From contig CAXSGP010000133.1 in assembly GCA_964236955.1 (NCBI GenBank), forward strand, positions 1-10,537: a stretch of DNA of 10,537 nt. The letters run 5' to 3'. Numbering within the stretch: position 1 is the stretch's first letter; every line of letters starts with the position of its first letter. The DNA comes from an uncultured Oligoflexus sp. GTDB lineage: Bacteria > Bdellovibrionota_B > Oligoflexia > Oligoflexales > Oligoflexaceae. Shown here piece by piece: positions 1 through 6,396 of this stretch. The translations under genes were made by a program, and so were the position numbers. The notes beneath the pieces are model-generated. The model searched no databases, was not told the DNA's origin, and saw only the letters and a program-made list of their open reading frames with translations.

Positions 1-879
1 CTTATCCAGGGACAACGCCAAGGGCTGAGCCTCAGACCTTTCCTTGGCTTCATACCTCTGGACGACAGCCGATTTGCCATTGAGCTTGGCTGCAACTGCC
101 TCAGCCACTCCCTTGTCAAGGAGTCTGCCAGCTTCATCGAGTGCCACGCCTTCGGCGGGTATCCATCGCGCCGAGAAGGCTTTTCCTTCGGAACTGAATT
201 GAGCGCGAACGCCATAGAAATCCCTTGGCTTAAAACTTTCGATAGCCTGATCCCGTAGAACGACAAGAGATAGGGTAGGCGTCTGAACCCTCCCAACCGA
301 CAGAACGCCATCCATTCCCGCAGCACGCCCGAGAAGAGTCATCTTTCTCGTCGCGTTCATTCCAACAAGCCAATCGCCCCAGCTCCGGGCCTGAGCGCTA
401 TCTTTGAGGTTTTGATAGTCGGCATTATCTTTAAGGTCGCCGAGGGCCTTATGGACGCTCTTTTCATCAGTCGCAGCGAGCCAAATCCTCATCACTGGTT
501 TTTTGCATCCCAACTCCTCCAATACTTCATCAACGAGAAGTTGACCTTCCCGATCCGGGTCTCCCGCGTTTACGACCATGGAGGATTTCGCGAGAAGACC
601 TTTGATGACTTTGATCTGCTCTTTCGCATCTGCCTTGGGCTTGAGCTTCCATTGTTTCGGAACGATCGGCAGGTCCTCAAGCTTCCACAATTTCAAGGAA
701 TCATCATACTCTTGCGGCTCAAATAGCTCGTAAATGTGGCCAAAACACCAGGTTACGACATCGTCTCCCACAGTGATGTGGGTCGGTCCTCGGCTTCCGC
801 GATGCTTTTCCGATATACCCGGCAGACACTGAGCGATGGCTTCTCCAAGACTTGGTTTTTCAGCTATGAAAAGTCTCAT
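1..879 (-). CDS. topB: DNA topoisomerase III (type IA; TopB/TraE-like), N-terminal 293 aa, truncated by the window edge
   Basis: My manual translation from ATG at 879 gives MRLFIAEKPSLGEAIAQCL...VVTWCFGHIYEL...LPIVP...VVNAGDPDREGQLLVDEVL...DWLVGMNATR...LSVGRVQTPTL, open to position 1. It has the TOPRIM motifs (AEKPS, DPDREG) and the GRVQTPTL type IA motif. Strong SD AAGGAGG at 886-892. Not in the ORF track because no stop codon lies inside the window. Confidence 0.95.
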   Translation of the reverse strand, partial: MRLFIAEKPSLGEAIAQCLPGISEKHRGSRGPTHITVGDDVVTWCFGHIYELFEPQEYDDSLKLWKLEDLPIVPKQWKLKPKADAKEQIKVIKGLLAKSSMVVNAGDPDREGQLLVDEVLEELGCKKPVMRIWLAATDEKSVHKALGDLKDNADYQNLKDSAQARSWGDWLVGMNATRKMTLLGRAAGMDGVLSVGRVQTPTLSLVVLRDQAIESFKPRDFYGVRAQFSSEGKAFSARWIPAEGVALDEAGRLLDKGVAEAVAAKLNGKSAVVQRYEAKERSEAQPLALSLDK

Positions 880-885
880 ATTTAA

Positions 886-892
886 CCTCCTT
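886..892 (-). promoter_or_regulatory. Shine-Dalgarno site of topB (AAGGAGG)
   Basis: Minus strand reads AAGGAGGTTAAATATG, a consensus SD 6 nt before the ATG at 879. Confidence 0.85.
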
Positions 893-908
893 GGATTTCG
901 TAAATTAA

Positions 909-2141
909 TTAGTTCTGTTGCACTTGATATGGCTCAAGAATCATGTCCTTATTGATCATCACGTTAAACCGATAGCCCGGTCTAATTTTGATCGTGGGCT
1001 GTATCGCAAGGTTTCGCCTTGCGAGTTCTCCCGACACTTGAGCCATCTGCTGGCCGACCTGTGCTTGGATGATTTCCTGAGCTGAAAGATGATTGCTTGA
1101 TACCTGAGGCTGACTGAGCTGGTAGCCTGCGCCGATGAGGGAAAGCATAGCTGCGCTGCCAAAAATCTTGAGATAATGGTTATCGACTTGATCCCGAGCG
1201 CCTGCATATCCGCCCTGATCAGTCCCTCCCATATTTTTCAGGTCGATGCTGGACGCATCAGGGAAGATCAACCTCGTCCACACGAGCATGGCGCTGTCCT
1301 GCCCGATTGCGATCACAGAATCGTATGTTCCGACGATTTTTGTTCCCTGCGGAATGAGCAGGACATTGCCGGTAGCGGTGTCATAGACGTTCTGAGAGAC
1401 CTGGCCGACGATCTGCCCAGGAAGATCCGAGTTAATCCCAGTGACCAAAATCCCAGGAATGATAGAACCTTGCTTGATTTCGTTTTCCGACATCGGTGAT
1501 TGTTTTCGGCTGAGGAGATAGCTCGAATCCTGCTCCCTCGCATAGAAATTTTGTTTTCTACCCTGAAGGTTGGGATCGTTTTTACTATCGCCCACAATAT
1601 CGCTCCCACCGCCGCTGCCCGGCAATCCAGAAGATTCCGCTCCTCCTGGTCCTGACGAACCACCTTGAAAGCTTGCCTGCGTAGGCCCTCCTCCCGCCGA
1701 CGAATCTGGAAGGGGCGCTATAGCTGCCGCGTCCATACGCGAAAGTTTTTGCATGTACTGCTGGTGCTGAAACCTTCTGATTTCTCGTTCGTACTCGTTC
1801 AACTCTTTTTGCGTATCCGCATCAGGCGAAGCCACTGCAATGCCCGCCACGTTGTTCGTCCTGACGACGGTCTTCGCTTCAGCCTGGTCGGCCTGCGCTC
1901 GCTCCTTCCCCTGGATAAGCTTCTCCGGCTGAGATGCTGGTCGGACCTTCTGAACCGCCCCTTCGGCCTTCGCCTCCTTTTCAAGGCTAAGACCTTTTTG
2001 ACTAAAAATGGCAACCACTGCGATGAGCATCAAGAGAAAGGTTGCGAGTCCCATGGCAATCATGCCTCGCATACTAATGCCCTTGATTTTGATCTTTTTA
2101 CTTGGAAATATGCCCTTCGGAGACGCGTTATCCTGAGTCAT
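909..2141 (-). CDS. trbI: Conjugal transfer protein TrbI (VirB10 family, core complex)
   Basis: N-terminal TM helix, Gly/Ser-rich linker, and a VirB10 C-terminal domain with EIKQGSIIPGILVTGINSDLPGQIVGQVSQNVYDTATG, LLIPQGTKIVG, DQVDNHY and IQPTIKIRPGYRFNVMINKDMIL. SD AAGGAG upstream. Confidence 0.95.
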   Translation of the reverse strand: MTQDNASPKGIFPSKKIKIKGISMRGMIAMGLATFLLMLIAVVAIFSQKGLSLEKEAKAEGAVQKVRPASQPEKLIQGKERAQADQAEAKTVVRTNNVAGIAVASPDADTQKELNEYEREIRRFQHQQYMQKLSRMDAAAIAPLPDSSAGGGPTQASFQGGSSGPGGAESSGLPGSGGGSDIVGDSKNDPNLQGRKQNFYAREQDSSYLLSRKQSPMSENEIKQGSIIPGILVTGINSDLPGQIVGQVSQNVYDTATGNVLLIPQGTKIVGTYDSVIAIGQDSAMLVWTRLIFPDASSIDLKNMGGTDQGGYAGARDQVDNHYLKIFGSAAMLSLIGAGYQLSQPQVSSNHLSAQEIIQAQVGQQMAQVSGELARRNLAIQPTIKIRPGYRFNVMINKDMILEPYQVQQN

Positions 2142-2142
2142 A

Positions 2143-2574
2143 TCACTCTCCTTTGCGCATTAGAACTGGACCTGATGCTACAATTTTCCCATCTTTCGCT
2201 TTTTGATAGACTCGATTGATTTGGAAATTCTCACCGGCTACAAGCCGAAGAATGTAAAACTTCTCGCCAACAAAACTCATCTTGTAGGCAAGCTGTACAT
2301 CTGGTTTTTCTCGCGGAACGCTCCCGTCGGTGACGGCATAGCCGCGTCCTCGAAGCTCTTTGTCTATGAGTGTTGACAGCTCACTTTCGCCGCGAGGGAA
2401 AAATATTCTTGTTTGTGCAGGAGGAAATGATTCCTCGATCATATGCACCACATCCTTGGCAATACTGACGTTAAGACCATCAGGCGCGGCCTTGAGTTCC
2501 GAGGTATCGTAGTAGGTTGTCGTGCAGCACGTGCCTGCAAAAAAAAGAATTGATGCGAGAATTGAATTTTTCAT
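2143..2574 (-). CDS. trbH: Conjugal transfer protein TrbH (putative lipoprotein)
   Basis: 143 aa between trbG and trbI. Signal-like N-terminus with Cys residues, FPPAQTRI and LRGRGYAV segments resembling TrbH, and an ATGA overlap with trbG at 2571-2574. Confidence 0.8.
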   Translation of the reverse strand: MKNSILASILFFAGTCCTTTYYDTSELKAAPDGLNVSIAKDVVHMIEESFPPAQTRIFFPRGESELSTLIDKELRGRGYAVTDGSVPREKPDVQLAYKMSFVGEKFYILRLVAGENFQINRVYQKAKDGKIVASGPVLMRKGE

Positions 2575-3458
2575 TTTTTAATACCTTTGTATTCAATTGT
2601 TACCGACTCTTCAGAGCCTCCCACACCAGCAAGAAGGATCGCTCGGTTGAAGATCTGATCGACAACGAAACGATCCCCTTTAAGGCGATAGTTTACGATT
2701 TGCTGCTCACCGTCAGAGCCAATAACAAGAAGGGCAGGGGCTTCGGTCTGGGACATAGAAGTAGGCATTTGAATGAACGTCTTGATGCCATCGTTATATA
2801 CCCGGAGAGGCTTCCACTGGGCCTTGCCAGACATCTCATAATTGAAATTGAGATCTTCGATATTCGTTCGTGTTCCAGGAAGTGTATTTTTTGAAGCTCT
2901 TGCCTCAGCCTCATTAGCATACTGTTTCCACTGAAGATCAGAATCCTCCGCATAAGAGAACGCTATTTTAGGCGTCCAATTCGAGCTGGAGGAACGAAGA
3001 TTGATGTTATAGATTCGGCGATCGGTAGTGATAATGAGTGTCGTGGGAATATTCGTCTCCTCCGCCTTCACAATGATATGGCTGACGCGGTCGAGTCCAT
3101 ATCCGCTAATCATTGGAGTTATAGACCAACGCGGATCACCGACGACAGGTTTGGTAGACGAAATGATTTCGCCTTTTTGAAGTTCGATATCGCATAGCTT
3201 CAAAGGCGCGCAAATTACAGTTGGAAGCGTCGCACCGTAGCGATAGACAATTCTCCCGTCTTCTTTTCTAACAGGCATGACTTTCGCATCAATCCATTCC
3301 TTTGCCAGTGATGCCGCTTTTTGTTCCTTTGACGACATGGGAGATGGGGCTGGAACGTAACTTCCGGCCATCGGAGTGAGCCCCCTATCAATATCAGGTA
3401 CGTTGCCAGCTTGAGCAAAACTCGCCGAAAAAAGCATAGTAAATATGAGCCACTTCAT
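2571..3458 (-). CDS. trbG: P-type conjugal transfer protein TrbG (VirB9 family)
   Basis: Signal peptide (ASFAQA), then YGATLPTVICAPLKLCDIELQKGE, TTDRRIYNINL, WKPLRVYNDGIKTFIQMP, EAPALLV and VNYRLKGDRFVVDQIF motifs typical of TrbG. Confidence 0.95.
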   Translation of the reverse strand: MKWLIFTMLFSASFAQAGNVPDIDRGLTPMAGSYVPAPSPMSSKEQKAASLAKEWIDAKVMPVRKEDGRIVYRYGATLPTVICAPLKLCDIELQKGEIISSTKPVVGDPRWSITPMISGYGLDRVSHIIVKAEETNIPTTLIITTDRRIYNINLRSSSSNWTPKIAFSYAEDSDLQWKQYANEAEARASKNTLPGTRTNIEDLNFNYEMSGKAQWKPLRVYNDGIKTFIQMPTSMSQTEAPALLVIGSDGEQQIVNYRLKGDRFVVDQIFNRAILLAGVGGSEESVTIEYKGIKK

Positions 3459-3461
3459 GAT

Positions 3462-4112
3462 TTAGCCCCCTATCTGCTGAAAGGTGATGTTTGCGATGTA
3501 AGTCCCAGTGGGATTGATAAGATAGCTCGATGATGAGACGGACTTATGTTCGATTGAAACGATTGACCGATAGGTCCGCGAAGGCAATATCTCTTTCCCT
3601 GTAAGATCAACCGATGTCTCGATAAAATCAATCTGGTAGGTTTTGGGACTCTGATTCATTACTGCGATGATCCTGACATTGACTGTCCCAAGCCTCATCT
3701 TCTCGTAAGGATCGTTGGCCTTATACCACTCATCAATCGTCGTCGTTGCCGGAAGTCCCTGATCTAAAAATGCATAGACCTTTTGAATGTTTCTCTCTTG
3801 AACAGTCGTATCAAAAGAGACGGAACGATGGGCTAAGATCCATTCGGATAGCTCCGAAAGGATAACTGCGTCATCGATCTTCCCGTGACTGAGAATTTCT
3901 ACCGATTGCACGCCTCCGGTTCCATCTGTCCTGATCGCATAGGGCACAAGCTTTGGAAGGCAGGCGACATAGATCAGGCCTACAATCGAAAGGAGAGTTG
4001 TAGCCGATGCGATAAAGGCAAACATCTTCCAGTTATCTCTATCCTTGATGAAACTTCCGTAGCGCTCGTTCCATTCGCGCCCCGGATCTAAATATGGATT
4101 GTCTTGAGCCAT
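3462..4112 (-). CDS. trbF: Conjugal transfer protein TrbF (VirB8-like)
   Basis: NPYL...REWNERYG...NW N-terminus, a single TM helix, KLVPY, and C-terminal INPTGTYI (NPxG motif). SD GGAGG upstream. Confidence 0.92.
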   Translation of the reverse strand: MAQDNPYLDPGREWNERYGSFIKDRDNWKMFAFIASATTLLSIVGLIYVACLPKLVPYAIRTDGTGGVQSVEILSHGKIDDAVILSELSEWILAHRSVSFDTTVQERNIQKVYAFLDQGLPATTTIDEWYKANDPYEKMRLGTVNVRIIAVMNQSPKTYQIDFIETSVDLTGKEILPSRTYRSIVSIEHKSVSSSSYLINPTGTYIANITFQQIGG

Positions 4113-4118
4113 GAGTCT

Positions 4119-5429
4119 TTACCTCCAGTAGTTAAATCCCGAAGGCTTAGAAACACCCTCGGACGCTTTGCTTTGTGAATCGCTGTCATTCGATGTCTTG
4201 AAGGAGCTGGCCCCTGGGTAGAGAGGTCCAGAGGAGCTGGGCGAACTCTTCGGAGGGCGAGACGAAAGACGCTCCTCTTTCATATGGGCAGCCATTCTTG
4301 CCCCGGCGCGCCCGTGTTGATGGCTAAGGCTTCCGCTCATTTTCGAGCCCAGGTCACTTAAGCCTGCCGAGGCAAGATTTTTTAACGTCCCTGCGGCAAG
4401 GCTAGCAACCCCTTGCTTTAAGACAGACCCTGCTCCTTGAGCCGAAGTAAGCTTGGCAGCCTCAGCGATCGCCTTGCCTCCGGCGACGGCTGTTCCAACA
4501 CCACCTGTGGCGACTCCAGCAGCCAAACCGGCAGCCGCCGCCGCCCCTCCGACCAGAGCGGCTCCCGCACCGCCATGGCTGGCACCAGTGACAATGGATT
4601 GAACCATGGACGGTACGGTCATCGTGATGAGGACCAGGACGAGCGTTGCGCCGCATAAAGCGAAAGCCTGGGGCATGGTCCCGGTGTAGCTCTGGTGAAA
4701 CTTTGAAATAAAGGCTTGCCCAAGACCGACCAAAAGCTGCATGGAAAAAAGCTTCAGACCGACTGAGACAACGTGCGCGTAATATTTTCGGGAATAATCA
4801 CTGGTAAACCTACTGCCGCCAAAGCCCAAAAGGATAATTGAAGCGCTAAGGACGACGTACATTTCAACAAGTGCTATCAGCACAAAGGCTGCCAGGGCCG
4901 CGAACAAAAGCATCATGATCAGACCCGTGATGGACCGTATAAGTGCAGCACCGATATCGGTAAAGCTCACGCTTTGCACAAGATCGCTTGAGATACGGAG
5001 ACCCATGTCAAAGATATCGGAAGGGTCCAGCCCCTGGACCGCTCCCGGTATATGCGTACTCGCGTCGGCTCCGAGTTGGCGAAACGACTGAATAATCGCC
5101 CCACCCCAGACGTTTGAATACTGAAGAAGTGCGAGAAAAAAGCTGACTGTCATAACCCATCGCACAAGTTCGGCGAATGCGTCCTGAAGGCCTGCCCGCT
5201 TGAGCGAAAGCTCAATTCCATTCCAGGCGAGGTCAATAAGCGCGAGTAACCAAAATAACTTTGTCGCTGCCGCTAGAATCGGCGCACGCCATTGCTCGGC
5301 AGCATCGCGATACATGACCGCAACACCATCGATTAGATTATTAGGCGTCTGGGCATAAACGCTCGAAGGAATCGCAATCAAGAGGCATATTCCTAGAGTT
5401 ACTGCGGGATTTATTCTTATTAACCTCAT
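4119..5429 (-). CDS. trbL: P-type conjugal transfer protein TrbL (VirB6 family)
   Basis: Polytopic membrane protein with LLGFGGSRFTSDY and VVSVGLKLF motifs and a long Gly/Ala/Ser-rich C-terminal tail. Lies after trbJ/trbK. SD GAGGAG upstream. Confidence 0.93.
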   Translation of the reverse strand: MRLIRINPAVTLGICLLIAIPSSVYAQTPNNLIDGVAVMYRDAAEQWRAPILAAATKLFWLLALIDLAWNGIELSLKRAGLQDAFAELVRWVMTVSFFLALLQYSNVWGGAIIQSFRQLGADASTHIPGAVQGLDPSDIFDMGLRISSDLVQSVSFTDIGAALIRSITGLIMMLLFAALAAFVLIALVEMYVVLSASIILLGFGGSRFTSDYSRKYYAHVVSVGLKLFSMQLLVGLGQAFISKFHQSYTGTMPQAFALCGATLVLVLITMTVPSMVQSIVTGASHGGAGAALVGGAAAAAGLAAGVATGGVGTAVAGGKAIAEAAKLTSAQGAGSVLKQGVASLAAGTLKNLASAGLSDLGSKMSGSLSHQHGRAGARMAAHMKEERLSSRPPKSSPSSSGPLYPGASSFKTSNDSDSQSKASEGVSKPSGFNYWR

Positions 5430-5447
5430 TCCGATACTCCTCTCGCT

Positions 5448-5636
5448 TTAAAAGTGCTGGCCATCATCTGTCTTGATCTGTGCTTGGAACTCTTTGATCT
5501 CTCTATTATTCTTTTTTGCGTACTCCGTTTGACAGTCCTCCATAGCCGGAGCCCTGTTTGCAAAATAGATGGCCGGAAGTGAGGAAATCCCCGCAACAAC
5601 AGCGATGAGTTTGAAGTTCTGCAAAATGTAATTCAT
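5448..5636 (-). CDS. trbK: Putative entry exclusion protein, TrbK-like (62 aa)
   Basis: Small ORF filling the trbJ-trbL gap. SD AAGGAG, an N-terminal hydrophobic segment, and a C-terminus (DDGQHF) identical to that of TrbJ. The call rests on synteny and the shared tail, not on recognised overall homology. Confidence 0.75.
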   Translation of the reverse strand: MNYILQNFKLIAVVAGISSLPAIYFANRAPAMEDCQTEYAKKNNREIKEFQAQIKTDDGQHF

Positions 5637-5646
5637 GTTTTACTCC

Positions 5647-6396
5647 TTAGAAATGTTGCCCATCGTCGATACGAACGTGGGAGATGTCTTCGCCTAGAAA
5701 TTGCTCGCTCTTGGCCTTTGCTTGATCCTTTTCACTCGATTGTGTGGACATAAAGGAAGCCTGCATCTGCATTTGAGCCATGATCAGGCTACGAAGCTTT
5801 TGCATCTGCCCGACTTGCTGCGCGGCGATAAGATTCCCAGCCTGAATCGCTTCCATTCGGCCTTGAGCATTTTGCGAAAGGCGTTCGATGGATTTCATCG
5901 TCGTCTCTTCCGTTTGGAACTGAGTTGCCTGAAGATTTGCAGATCTCATCGCGCCTGAGATCGAATCCATATTCGTCCTTGACCAATCCGAATATCGATC
6001 ACTAAAAGTAGATGTGGATTTACCTTGCTCGCGTGAATAGAAATCATAGCCTTGGAATTTTTTTCGATAGACAGCATCAGAGTTACTACTTGAATAGGCC
6101 ATCGCCTCACCCTGGCGGACGACATCGGAGAGTTCCTTGAGATCCTGAGAAGTTCGGCCCCACTCTTGATTAGATATCGCCCTTCCCTGTCTCTTCATGT
6201 CGTCCACCATCGCAGACTGCTTTTCAAGCTGACCCTTAAGTTTCATGGTTTGCGTGTACATTTCGCTTGTCTGTTCCAAAAGCTGTGTATTGTTCAGAAT
6301 CTGCGTCACTTCTGTAGAACCGCCGGTTCCAGCGACTGAGCCTCCTACGGCTATTTCCGAAGAAAACATAATGAAAACGATCGCTAACTTTTTCAT
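5647..6396 (-). CDS. trbJ: P-type conjugal transfer protein TrbJ (VirB5-like)
   Basis: Signal peptide, STEVTQILNNTQL, and Gln-rich helical C-terminal region GRMEAIQAGNLIAAQQVGQMQKLRSLI. ATGA overlap with trbE at 6393-6396. Confidence 0.92.
   Translation of the reverse strand: MKKLAIVFIMFSSEIAVGGSVAGTGGSTEVTQILNNTQLLEQTSEMYTQTMKLKGQLEKQSAMVDDMKRQGRAISNQEWGRTSQDLKELSDVVRQGEAMAYSSSNSDAVYRKKFQGYDFYSREQGKSTSTFSDRYSDWSRTNMDSISGAMRSANLQATQFQTEETTMKSIERLSQNAQGRMEAIQAGNLIAAQQVGQMQKLRSLIMAQMQMQASFMSTQSSEKDQAKAKSEQFLGEDISHVRIDDGQHF

Noticed and set aside
412..726. 104-aa plus-strand ORF
   Set aside because: Lies wholly antisense to the strongly supported topB frame; a shadow ORF with no recognisable motif.
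1665..2219. 184-aa plus-strand ORF and other small ORFs overlapping trbI (959-1207, 1176-1499, 1313-1663, 1799-2014)
   Set aside because: Antisense or alternate-frame overlaps of trbI with Arg/Leu/Ser-rich, non-protein-like composition.
4200..4580. GC-rich low-complexity stretch and a short AGGAGCTGG direct repeat (4202-4210, 4232-4240) in trbL
   Set aside because: Explained by the Gly/Ala/Ser-rich tail usual in TrbL; not an array, iteron or CRISPR.
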